Shown here piece by piece: positions 1 through 8,325 of a stretch of 27,702 bases of DNA. Under the pieces are notes generated by a model. It did no database searches, had not been told where the DNA came from, and saw nothing but the letters and a program-made list of their open reading frames with translations. The stretch comes from Bdellovibrionales bacterium (lineage in GTDB: Bacteria > Bdellovibrionota > Bdellovibrionia > Bdellovibrionales > DASUEL01). Location of the stretch: the NCBI GenBank assembly GCA_050250255.1, contig JBFWOZ010000038.1, forward strand, positions 1 through 27,702. Direction: 5' to 3'. Both the position numbers and the translations under genes were made by a program. Within the stretch, counting starts at the first letter, position 1, and each line of letters starts with the position of its first letter.

Positions 1-533
1 GAAAATTCTATACTCACATGGGTTATGAAGTCACCAAAGCTAAAGATAATTGGCAGTACTCACGAAGTTACACATTTAATTATGCTATCCCTTTTTGGCA
101 TGAAGGTATAAGTGCCAATTATGTAGTTGTCCCTGGTAAGTTCGGTACAAGCCTCTATTTGTTAAATGCTTGGGATGGTCGGATTTCGCAAGAATCCAAC
201 AAGTCATCCACTGTAGGTGCAAATTTTAATTTTATTCCCGTTGATGGGCTTGTTGCGAATTACAACTATATCGGAGGTATTGAGACAAGTGCGACAGATG
301 CCGTTCGTGAAGTTCACGAGGTTAATGTCGCTTACAATTTAAACTCTATGTTCAGCTTTGCAACAGATCTGGTTTTCGGTTCACAAAAGAAAGTGGGAAC
401 TGTGGATGCAAGATGGTCAGGTGTTGCTTTTTATGCTAAGGCTGCATTGAACGATTGGTACATATTAAGTCCACGTTATGAAACCTTCGATGATTCAGAT
501 CAGGGCTTTGCAATCTCAGGTGGGCTTGCAGGT
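1..533 (+). CDS. Outer-membrane beta-barrel porin (BBP2/OmpL-like), 5' cut by the window edge and 3' truncated at a junction near 533
   Basis: The frame is open from the window start: KFYTHMGYEVTKAKDNWQYSRSYTFNYAIPFWHEG resembles the BBP2 GKFxTxxGYE...N..YSRS..F....PF.H.G signature, followed by amphipathic strands (WSGVAFYA, ILSPRYETFDD). After ...SGGLAG the ORF reads the antisense of another gene up to the stop at 740. Confidence 0.7.
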
Positions 534-718
534 CCCTCAATTTCAACATCTTTAAGGTGCTTAAATTGCAGTTCCTCTTCAGGCATCATCGACTTCACGA
601 CAAATCCCTTACTCGATACCGGAAAAACTTCCGATGAGCTCGAGTCATTCTGCGAACCAAGTTGTGCCATAGCCACAGAACCACTCAAGACCATCGATGC
701 GATTAAAAGTGATTTCAT
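500..718 (-). pseudogene. 3'-truncated paralog of the 749-1708 secreted/outer-membrane protein
   Basis: A GGAG RBS precedes ATG 718 and there is a signal peptide. SGSVAMAQLGxQNDSxSSEVFPVSSKGFVVKSMMPEE is shared with 749-1708. Homology ends at KDVEIEG (~534), and the last 10 aa are antisense porin sequence. Confidence 0.75.
534..703. repeat. Diverged direct repeat, copy A (copy B ~1512-1681, offset 978 nt)
   Basis: Ungapped alignment by eye. An exact 30-nt block CTCTTCAGGCATCATCGACTTCACGACAAA lies at 575-604 and 1553-1582. Confidence 0.92.
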
Positions 719-748
719 ATTTATTTCTCCATTTTTTTAAATAAAGTT

Positions 749-1708
749 CTAATTTCTCTCAAACCACTTAGCATCTTTATTACCAAACCCAATAGACAGT
801 TGGCCTGTAATTCTTCTGTTGCCCTGACGACCCATGTACGCAGTAACCATAAACCCTAGATCTGGCACATCATAACCTGGGACAACAACTCGCACACTAG
901 CAGTATAACCACTCTCACGGAGAACACGATCATCTACTGAAGTCGATAAATCTAAATATTTGGTGCCAGGCTCAGGATTTACCTGATGAAATCCATATGA
1001 CATTTTATGCTTCGAAAAAAAGTATCCCGCAGCAAACCCAAGATAAGCGTTCTCCCCTACAGGCAAGACATACAAATCATGTTCAACAGCAAACACGTAG
1101 CCAGATATATCTGGCTCAACATTCTTGCGTTCTGTCTCTTGATCATGGTCATTGCCCGAAATAGCACCGGCGCTTATCCTCAGAGTACGGTAAAAATGAG
1201 GACGATAACTCACAAAAACCTCTTCACCGCCGGAGCTCTTAAGAATTTCTTCACGGTTAGAAGGATCTAAAGCGATCCCTCCAGGCGCCCAATTGGGCCC
1301 TAAAGTAGCTTGAGCAGCCGCACGATCTGCACTAATTTGTTTCTGAGATAATTGAGTGCGTCCAAATCCAAAGCCAAATTGAAACATACCTTCACGACTT
1401 AAAGCTTTTCGAGCTTTACCAAACCACCAATACACTCCACGCTTCTTCAATGAATCTTTCGAGGCCAAAATGTCATCATGACTTTGAGTTTGGTAATGAA
1501 CATATTCTTTACCTTCAACAACAACATCTTTCACATATGTGAACTCTAATTTCTCTTCAGGCATCATCGACTTCACGACAAAACCTTTACTCGATACCGG
1601 GAAAACTTCCGATGAGTCTGAGTCGTTCTGCGGGCCAAGTTGCGCCATAGCTACAGAACCACTGAAAATTATCGATACCATTAATGAATTTTTAATTAAT
1701 TTTTTCAT
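749..1708 (-). CDS. Secreted protein, probable outer-membrane beta-barrel in the C-terminal two-thirds
   Basis: ATG 1708 has a GAGGA RBS (preferred over 1720). Signal peptide MKKLIKNS...VAMA. Alternating strands MFQFGFGFG, YVFAVEHDLY, YLGFAAGYF, YTASVRVV, ITGQLSIGF. Confidence 0.7.
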   Translation of the reverse strand: MKKLIKNSLMVSIIFSGSVAMAQLGPQNDSDSSEVFPVSSKGFVVKSMMPEEKLEFTYVKDVVVEGKEYVHYQTQSHDDILASKDSLKKRGVYWWFGKARKALSREGMFQFGFGFGRTQLSQKQISADRAAAQATLGPNWAPGGIALDPSNREEILKSSGGEEVFVSYRPHFYRTLRISAGAISGNDHDQETERKNVEPDISGYVFAVEHDLYVLPVGENAYLGFAAGYFFSKHKMSYGFHQVNPEPGTKYLDLSTSVDDRVLRESGYTASVRVVVPGYDVPDLGFMVTAYMGRQGNRRITGQLSIGFGNKDAKWFERN

Positions 1709-1731
1709 GTTATTCCTCAATGTTTTTTAAA

Positions 1732-2985
1732 TCATTTCACTTTTTTAAACCAGCTGGCATTCCAAATGGCATAAGCTTCATCAAATTCGTTATCTTGAAT
1801 TTTAACTTCTACATATATATCATCATTCTGAACTACAGATGCCGAACTGACAGAAGAGAAAACATAATTTACTGTGCCAGAAATTGTTGATCCGTTTTTA
1901 TGTTCACCCTTGACGCTGTCGCCTTTACAAATCCTGTCACCCTTCTCTGTATGAAAACAGTCGTTCTCAAAATATAAAGGTACACCGTCTTTAACCCCAT
2001 CAATCGTGGCAGTTCCATCTGAAACCGCTACATTGTTCTCACGAAGCCACGTGATTTTCTTATAATCACCAGTCGTATTCACACCAACGAAAGTTGCTTT
2101 TTTTCCATCCATTTCTTTAACTACTAGAACTGCAGGTCCCTTTAGCCCTGCAGTTCTTTTTTCTTTATCTTGTTTCTGAAAAGAACCCATAGTTGGAATT
2201 CCTGGAATAGTATCCAATCCAAGATCTTTCACAAGGCCTTGAACTTCGGAGAGTCGTTCACGAATAAAATCATTCACTTCACGATAGAGAGCTAAACCTT
2301 CTAAAGTATTTCCAGGCTTTCTCTTTTCAATCTCATTCAAGTAAACGAAAGTTTTTGTCACAACGTGCGCTGCAGCCTGCCGAGCCACGATGTCACCATT
2401 CATGTCATTGGCAAGAAGCTTCAAGGATTCTCGAGACAATTCCAATTTTGTGTCATGTTGTGGAGCTAAGTCATAAAGACTCAACATCATTTGAGCATGC
2501 ATCACGCCTAACTTAAAGCGATTGATCGGCTGAATTCCCAAACGAGGATCCGCTTTAATCTTCAAAAGAAATTGCTCTTCTGGTTTATAGAGTTCAATCG
2601 CCCATAAAACGGATAATCGAAGCAAACGATATGAAACCGCATACCGATCACCCGATATCGCAGAAGCACCGATAATATCATCAAGGTTACGAGCTCGACG
2701 AAGCACCGAACGCATATAAAGCTCTTGGCCTTTATCATCCGAACCTTCAATCACATCATCAATGAGTTTTCGAATCACACGATGACGTTCGCTGTATTTC
2801 ACTTTGTTGATATTACGAAGACCTTCTTCCAATTGAAGTTTTGAATGTTGCGCAAGACCTAAAAGATCTTTCACAAGATTCAAATCAATAGATGTCGAAA
2901 CCGCATCTTTGACATCTCCGGGCTTCTGAGCCAAAGCCACAGAACCTGCCATCACAACTGCTAATAAAATAATAAATTGTTTCAT
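1732..2985 (-). CDS. Secreted hypothetical protein with a helical N-terminal domain and a small beta-rich C-terminal domain with a Cys pair
   Basis: 417 aa ORF with signal peptide MKQFIILLAVVMAGSVALA and an AGGA RBS inside the upstream gene end. C-terminal segment CFHTEKGDRICKGDSV...SGTVNYVF. Confidence 0.8.
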   Translation of the reverse strand: MKQFIILLAVVMAGSVALAQKPGDVKDAVSTSIDLNLVKDLLGLAQHSKLQLEEGLRNINKVKYSERHRVIRKLIDDVIEGSDDKGQELYMRSVLRRARNLDDIIGASAISGDRYAVSYRLLRLSVLWAIELYKPEEQFLLKIKADPRLGIQPINRFKLGVMHAQMMLSLYDLAPQHDTKLELSRESLKLLANDMNGDIVARQAAAHVVTKTFVYLNEIEKRKPGNTLEGLALYREVNDFIRERLSEVQGLVKDLGLDTIPGIPTMGSFQKQDKEKRTAGLKGPAVLVVKEMDGKKATFVGVNTTGDYKKITWLRENNVAVSDGTATIDGVKDGVPLYFENDCFHTEKGDRICKGDSVKGEHKNGSTISGTVNYVFSSVSSASVVQNDDIYVEVKIQDNEFDEAYAIWNASWFKKVK

Positions 2986-2987
2986 GA

Positions 2988-3719
2988 CTATTTCCTTTTC
3001 TCTAACAGCAACATCGATGAAATATTGGTGCTGGCAGGAGACGCAATGGCTACGAACTCCGACTCACCATCTTTAAAACTGATGACAACTCCGGTAATTT
3101 TCGCAGTTTCAACTTCGCGAAAGTTACTGTTCTCGATAATTCTTCTTAACGTATGAATACCTGTCTGTTCATTTCGGATGGCATAATCCGCTTCCGAACC
3201 CGCTGCTAAGCGACCACTCACTCCACCGTCAATTTCAGAAAAACGACTGAACAAAACAGCTGCTTTCTCTTTACCAAAACGACCCTCTGGCAACGGCAAC
3301 ACCATTTGCAAATTTGCCAATCGGCGCTTAAAAGTCATTCGGACATAACTAGTACCGGCGTTAGGTACCAAAACAATTTCTGATTTTCCTTTTTGATCAA
3401 TCACTCTCAAAGAGGCAACTGGATCATTCAGCACAAGGTCTTCACCACCAGGTGCCAGCGCGAAAGGCTTAAGCCCCATCGTTGCAGCGTTCTTGCGTTC
3501 CGCATACAGCAACTGCACCCCTTTGTTATCACCATGGATCAAAGTCACAATGGCTGTACCTACGGAGTTAGCACGTGGAACAATAATGATTCGCACTTTG
3601 GAGCCTTGCTGAGTCTCACCTTCGTAAGCTCCAGAAAGATCTCTCACATCAGCATTCGCCTTCGGGGCGGCTGCGACCGCAGCCATCACAGCTACGGTCA
3701 AAAGAACTAGAATTTTCAT
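2988..3719 (-). CDS. Secreted hypothetical beta-rich protein
   Basis: 243 aa, GAGGTG RBS, signal peptide ending ...PKANA. The mature N-terminus DLSGAYEG is typical of small beta-barrel domains. There is a 2-nt gap to the next gene. Confidence 0.8.
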   Translation of the reverse strand: MKILVLLTVAVMAAVAAAPKANADVRDLSGAYEGETQQGSKVRIIIVPRANSVGTAIVTLIHGDNKGVQLLYAERKNAATMGLKPFALAPGGEDLVLNDPVASLRVIDQKGKSEIVLVPNAGTSYVRMTFKRRLANLQMVLPLPEGRFGKEKAAVLFSRFSEIDGGVSGRLAAGSEADYAIRNEQTGIHTLRRIIENSNFREVETAKITGVVISFKDGESEFVAIASPASTNISSMLLLEKRK

Positions 3720-3745
3720 AAATCACCTCTTCTATTCATTACTTT

Positions 3746-4726
3746 TTAAAATGGGCTTCTATAATTATAAGGACCACGATGACAATGGCGTGTCGAAGAC
3801 AGCCAGTTCGAAGCGTGAGTCACTTCTTCACGAGCAAACTGTACCGCTTGATCTCCATGATCAAAATCATCGCGACTGCCGGCATTAAATGTTCTCAACA
3901 TGCTGCTTGTACGATCAAGACTACCGATGAGACATGCATAACTACGACGAGATAAATCTTGATTAAGATCCTGAGCTGCCCAACGAGTCACAAATTCTGC
4001 AACACGGGTTTCGTAGTAATTTTTTGCAAGTGCTTCCGGTAAACGATTTCCATCAATCGTGCGACCAATATAGAGGTTCAACAAAGAGGCTGCCGACTGG
4101 CTATACGCCGCCATGAATGGCTCACGGAAAGTTTCTGGCAGACAATCAAACGTCGTACATGCACGACGGTAGTCTCTCTGGTAAGGAATGTAATAGTTTG
4201 TATCCAGTGGGATAATACTATTAAGAATCCATACATAAAATCGTGATACGAGATAATTTGCAGCTCGTGTTTCAAGATCGATACAGAGCTCAACAGATTC
4301 TGGATCTCTCATAGTTCGACACGCGCCCGTTACAAGAGTATTTGCTTGAAGTGCTCTTTGGACAGCTCGTTTTGTGAGGGGTTGGTAAGTCCATTGGTAC
4401 GACATAAGTCTTAAAGCTTTCTCAAGACCAATCTTAAGAAGTTCTCTTTGACGTGCGGGATCACCGTTACGTAAAACACGGCTGTACGCCCAACGCAATT
4501 CTGTCGCGACACCTTGGCAAGCCACTGCGGCGTCACTCATATCTGAGTACACATCACTCAGTGGTCCGTCGGAGGCACCTTTACCCACATCAGCACCGTA
4601 TAAAACACTTGTGCCGGTTAAAATCTGAAACTCCTCTTGCGTAGGATATCCTGGCGCTTGAGATTGTGCTTGCTGCGAGCCCATGCTGACGAGCAATGCT
4701 GTTAAAATAAATACGAACTTCTTCAT
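3746..4726 (-). CDS. Secreted, helical, Cys-containing hypothetical protein
   Basis: 326 aa, signal peptide MKKFVFILTALLVSMGSQQAQS. The ATG overlaps the upstream stop (ATGA) with an AAGGAG RBS. Confidence 0.82.
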   Translation of the reverse strand: MKKFVFILTALLVSMGSQQAQSQAPGYPTQEEFQILTGTSVLYGADVGKGASDGPLSDVYSDMSDAAVACQGVATELRWAYSRVLRNGDPARQRELLKIGLEKALRLMSYQWTYQPLTKRAVQRALQANTLVTGACRTMRDPESVELCIDLETRAANYLVSRFYVWILNSIIPLDTNYYIPYQRDYRRACTTFDCLPETFREPFMAAYSQSAASLLNLYIGRTIDGNRLPEALAKNYYETRVAEFVTRWAAQDLNQDLSRRSYACLIGSLDRTSSMLRTFNAGSRDDFDHGDQAVQFAREEVTHASNWLSSTRHCHRGPYNYRSPF

Positions 4727-5616
4727 ACATCTTCTCCTTCTTGAGATGTTAGAGGGTTTGTCTTCTTCGGCGCTGAATCTTCTGTCAGTTCATACATCTG
4801 CACATTCATTTGAATAACGCTGTTGCATTGACTCTGTTGAGGATCGATGACCGAGTATCGACGGTTGATTTCTCCAAAAAACTGGTTAATCGCTTTTTGG
4901 ATTTCTTCATTTTTGTCTTTATCTATAGCAATAGTAAGAGCGCGCACATTCCAGCTTTCAAAAGAATCTTCTTTAATGGACTCACTAGCGCGCTCTAAAT
5001 TTTGAGTGTGGTAACGGCGAATCTGTAGATTCACGATATCTTGGCTGTATTGAATCGTGGGGTCAGACTGTACTAACCTTTGCTGATCATTTTTTCTAAG
5101 AAGTCCTGTCTTTAATAAAACTTCGATGGCGTGCTTCGCCTGTTTAGGCGTTACTTTGTTTTTTAGTTTTTTTGAAATGTACTGAGGGCTTTCGTCAAAA
5201 TCTTTTAATAAAACAAGCTCTCGAATCGCTAAAATGTACCAATGATTGAAAACTTCAAACTGATCATGAGCAATTTCTACGGCCGCATTTTGCTCACCAT
5301 CGGCTGCCGCTCTTAAAAGATCAAAGTAATGCTTTTTAGAAACTTCATTTTTGTTTTGCGAATAATTCACGAGAGCTTCAAAATAAAGACTCTCTTTTCG
5401 AGTTAACTCAAACCCTATACAAAATTTTGGGATGTTCTCGCTGGACAGATTCCGCTCGCCATCAATGACGCGTTTCAAGTAGTTGCGAGTCTGTAAGCCT
5501 GCTTTTTTAGAAAACACTGCCAGCGAGAAACTCCCACGGGTCTCTTTTTTAAATTTTAACATTTCTCCCAAGTACTTTCGGTAATCGAGATAATCGTAGA
5601 TGCGAGGGCGCTTCAA
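4723..5616 (-). CDS. TIGR02147 / DUF4423 family protein with N-terminal HTH (putative DNA-binding regulator)
   Basis: Family-type motifs IYDYLDYRKYL, FSLAVFSKKAGL...YLKRVIDGERNLS, YFEALV, FNHWYILAIREL, IRRYH, VIQMNVQMY. The start is uncertain: TTG 5616 (GAGG RBS, giving MKRPRIYDY) is preferred over ATG 5673, which has no RBS. Confidence 0.88.
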   Translation of the reverse strand: MKRPRIYDYLDYRKYLGEMLKFKKETRGSFSLAVFSKKAGLQTRNYLKRVIDGERNLSSENIPKFCIGFELTRKESLYFEALVNYSQNKNEVSKKHYFDLLRAAADGEQNAAVEIAHDQFEVFNHWYILAIRELVLLKDFDESPQYISKKLKNKVTPKQAKHAIEVLLKTGLLRKNDQQRLVQSDPTIQYSQDIVNLQIRRYHTQNLERASESIKEDSFESWNVRALTIAIDKDKNEEIQKAINQFFGEINRRYSVIDPQQSQCNSVIQMNVQMYELTEDSAPKKTNPLTSQEGEDV

Positions 5617-5634
5617 TGCGCCCTCGCGCTCTAC
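5596..5634 (-). promoter_or_regulatory. GC-rich mRNA hairpin covering the putative RBS and start codon of the TIGR02147 gene
   Basis: Perfect 10-bp stem GCGAGGGCGC/GCGCCCTCGC (5602-5611 and 5618-5627) with a 6-nt loop containing the TTG. It is extendable by GTAGA/TCTAC. Confidence 0.5.
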
Positions 5635-5740
5635 TGGGACTGGAATGTTAGAGGGGACAATCTCTTTTTCCATAACGTGAGACAGTTTTAACGCACTGTT
5701 ACCAAAAGTGTGAGAGTAGATATTACAAAACGCTATTTCG

Positions 5741-5759
5741 TGTTCCCAGGCCGGGAACA
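5741..5759. promoter_or_regulatory. Palindromic candidate operator TGTTCCC-N5-GGGAACA
   Basis: Perfect 7-bp inverted repeat in the divergent intergenic region upstream of an HTH gene. Confidence 0.5.
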
Positions 5760-5812
5760 ACTTAACTGGTACATTGATTGCTAATGAAAGGGAGTCGTGA
5801 AGAGGAAAAGAA

Positions 5813-6982
5813 ATGGCAAGACACTCTATATCTCTGAAAATTCTGTTCTATTTTAAAAATAAGAGCTGTTTAGTTCTCTACGTAGGGAGCTTTATACTGT
5901 TTCCGCTAGCCTTCTCGGTCGCTTCTGTACAGAACTTCGACAGCAATCATGGCGTTTCAAAGTTTTGCAAACATTTTGCTGAAGATGAAAGCCGCTTTGT
6001 CGATTTCCAAATCCCTCTTCAAGGGCATGAAATGAAGAAAGTGAGAGTGGAGTGGCCTAAACTCGAGCTCAGCCCAAGACTTCTTTCTTCAGAGAGCATT
6101 TTCATTTCGAGCATGTCGTTAGCCTTAGAAACCCTGAGCGAGCAAGGCCATTTAGAAAAACTAGAACATCTACACATCCTTATGAATCTGCCCGATGATG
6201 CAGGTTTTGGAGCCGCTTTCTGCACAAATCTGCAGACAGATTCTTCTACTGCAGTTCTGCTTGTAAATCGTCGCACAATGACTCAGTCACAGCAGCTCAT
6301 GCGATTGATCCCTCATGAACTGGCTCATTGGGCAATGGATCAACATAAAAAAGATTTTCCGCGATGGTTCGAAGAAACTCTTGGCACCATTCAAGAGTTT
6401 CGCACCATGAAAGAACCAACCGGCCCATGGTTTTTAGCAACCTTAAGATTTCCTCAAATGGGGCTCACCTCTCTTGAATCCAACAATGTTTTAGAAGATC
6501 CCAATCAGCGTTTAGCAGCTTACGGTCAAGTCGCCCTGTTTTCTATTTTTCTTGAGAAACATGCAAAACACTCACTTTTAACTTTCGCACTTAAAAAAGA
6601 AGAACAAGATCCATTTAAAATCTTAGAAGACTTTGTAGATAAATATCTCCATGACAAATTCGACAATTTAAAAGAGGCCTTCATAGCTTTCATAGTCGCC
6701 AAGCACATCAACAGACTTAATAATGCCACTGGGAGTGAAGATCCTGAGCTCACGCTGATCTATCCTACAACAGAAGTAGCGCCCACCTTCTCTCAACCAC
6801 CTTTGCTTCAACCTTGGTCAGGAATTTCTGTTGCTCTGACGCTTCCTCCAACTTCTTCCGAACTCGAAAAAGAATATTGGGTTGAAACATCTATGCTAAA
6901 AACCACGAAAATTGCACCATTGAAGAGCCATCCAAAATGCCCTTTTGAAGAATGCCTTCGACTCCGTATTCGTTTCGATTGA
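5813..6982 (+). CDS. Putative exported gluzincin-type zinc metallopeptidase
   Basis: LIPHELAHWAM followed by PRWFEETLG (HExxH plus a downstream Glu ligand) and a later AYG...LF helix. N-terminal hydrophobic segment and AGAGG RBS. Confidence 0.65.
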   Translation: MARHSISLKILFYFKNKSCLVLYVGSFILFPLAFSVASVQNFDSNHGVSKFCKHFAEDESRFVDFQIPLQGHEMKKVRVEWPKLELSPRLLSSESIFISSMSLALETLSEQGHLEKLEHLHILMNLPDDAGFGAAFCTNLQTDSSTAVLLVNRRTMTQSQQLMRLIPHELAHWAMDQHKKDFPRWFEETLGTIQEFRTMKEPTGPWFLATLRFPQMGLTSLESNNVLEDPNQRLAAYGQVALFSIFLEKHAKHSLLTFALKKEEQDPFKILEDFVDKYLHDKFDNLKEAFIAFIVAKHINRLNNATGSEDPELTLIYPTTEVAPTFSQPPLLQPWSGISVALTLPPTSSELEKEYWVETSMLKTTKIAPLKSHPKCPFEECLRLRIRFD

Positions 6983-7103
6983 AATTACAAAAATACTTCT
7001 CCCCGTAATTCACAAATTCCCATGAAATTCTCATAACTTTCGGTTGATCTATGCCCATTCCTTCGATTTAATATTGTCGAGAACCACAGCTTTGGAGGAA
7101 TAC

Positions 7104-7604
7104 ATGCGTCAACTCGCCTTGGTTTTAGGACTTCTAGGACTTTTTCTGACATCCAGTTTTCCATTTAACAGCTATGCAAAGGATCTCACCAATCGACTGG
7201 GTATCGGATACTCCGATCAGTTCAGCGTCGATCTTCCAAGTATCGCTATGAAATACCACACCTCTCCTGATATGTCCTTCGGCACCCAATTAGGTGTGCA
7301 AACAGAGAGCAATAACTCAAAACTCGGTTTCGCGATAAAAATCAACAAAGTCATTTTTCCTGAAGACAATATGAATTTCTATATGGGAGTCGGCGCAGGT
7401 CTTCTGTCTTCAAAAATTGCAGGAGTGAATAACTCGGGCGTTGAGCTCACTGCTTACTGTGGTTCGGAATTCTTTTTGCCAGGTCTTGATAGTTTAGGAT
7501 TAAGTTTCGAGGCGGGGCTTGGTATCACATCTTTGTCTAATGGAGTGAATTTTCGTACGCTGGCTGATCACCCACTGCGCGCAGGTATGATTTTCTATTT
7601 TTAA
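7104..7604 (+). CDS. Small outer-membrane beta-barrel protein
   Basis: GGAGG RBS before ATG 7104, signal peptide to ...SYA, amphipathic strands (NFYMGVGAG, LSFEAGLG), and a C-terminal beta-signal AGMIFYF. Confidence 0.82.
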   Translation: MRQLALVLGLLGLFLTSSFPFNSYAKDLTNRLGIGYSDQFSVDLPSIAMKYHTSPDMSFGTQLGVQTESNNSKLGFAIKINKVIFPEDNMNFYMGVGAGLLSSKIAGVNNSGVELTAYCGSEFFLPGLDSLGLSFEAGLGITSLSNGVNFRTLADHPLRAGMIFYF

Positions 7605-8212
7605 TGCAGCTTAAAAAAATAAAAATTTCTGAAAAGTTCCAGGAGCTCGCTAGAGCTTTTGGCAACAAACCTATCCCTATCGGTGAATTTGTCGATAGCT
7701 TCGGTATTAGCGGTCACGCCGTTTTCATTCTCATCCTCTGTATACCTTTCGTCACTCCTGTCCCCATCCCAGGTCTCTCTACTTTGTTTGGTATCTTAAT
7801 CGCTATTGCCGGAGTACGAATTAGCTTTGGGCTTCCACCATGGGTCCCTCAACGGTGGAGAAAAAAAGAAATTCCCATCACCGTTTCCAAACAAATTTTT
7901 TCTACGGGTACCAAGATCATGAGTAAGGTGGAGTTGCTGACCAAACCTCGTCTCAGATTTTTTTCGATGCACCCAGCTCTTCTGCACTTTAATGGCTTTA
8001 TCATTGTTATGATGGCGATCGTACTTGCTTTACCTCTGCCTCCCGGCACAAATTTTCCACCGGCACTTGCTATTGTCCTCATGGCCTTAGGCAACCTGGA
8101 AGAGGATGGACTCATTATTCTTTTGGGATATGTTGTTTTTTGCTTAAACCTACTAGCCATCGCCTTGATTTCTATTTACGGCCTCGAAGGCTTCCTTAAA
8201 CTCATCTCTTAG
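7604..8212 (+). CDS. exoD: ExoD family membrane protein (exopolysaccharide synthesis protein ExoD-like)
   Basis: Motifs PFVTPVPIPGLSTLFG, PWVP, KPRL, LALPLP...NFPPALAI, LEEDG. The start overlaps the upstream stop (TAATG). Confidence 0.9.
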   Translation: MQLKKIKISEKFQELARAFGNKPIPIGEFVDSFGISGHAVFILILCIPFVTPVPIPGLSTLFGILIAIAGVRISFGLPPWVPQRWRKKEIPITVSKQIFSTGTKIMSKVELLTKPRLRFFSMHPALLHFNGFIIVMMAIVLALPLPPGTNFPPALAIVLMALGNLEEDGLIILLGYVVFCLNLLAIALISIYGLEGFLKLIS

Positions 8213-8325
8213 GATGTTGATGTAACAGTCTACCGACCAAGGGCTAGACGATGCCCGTAATCCTATGCGTTCTTTGACCGGCCCAAGCCTTGCTTTAGAA
8301 TAAAGTGACGAGGGGGGAATTTACG

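Noticed and set aside
527..537. 11-mer TGCAGGTCCCT at the junction recurring at 2131-2141 as a recombination site
   Set aside because: The match is short, flanking similarity is absent, and there is no rearrangement evident at 2131. It is probably chance.
18..740. 240 aa ORF as an intact porin ending in Phe
   Set aside because: The last ~68 aa are the antisense of the paralog and its RBS region, so the terminal FF is coincidental.
534..1681. The repeat pair as a diversity-generating retroelement TR/VR or as mobile-element ends
   Set aside because: Differences are not adenine-specific, both copies are gene 5' ends, and there is no reverse transcriptase or transposase in the window.
5674..5760. 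29 aa N-terminal extension of the TIGR02147 ORF
   Set aside because: It has no RBS, covers the likely promoter and palindrome, and is not family-like.
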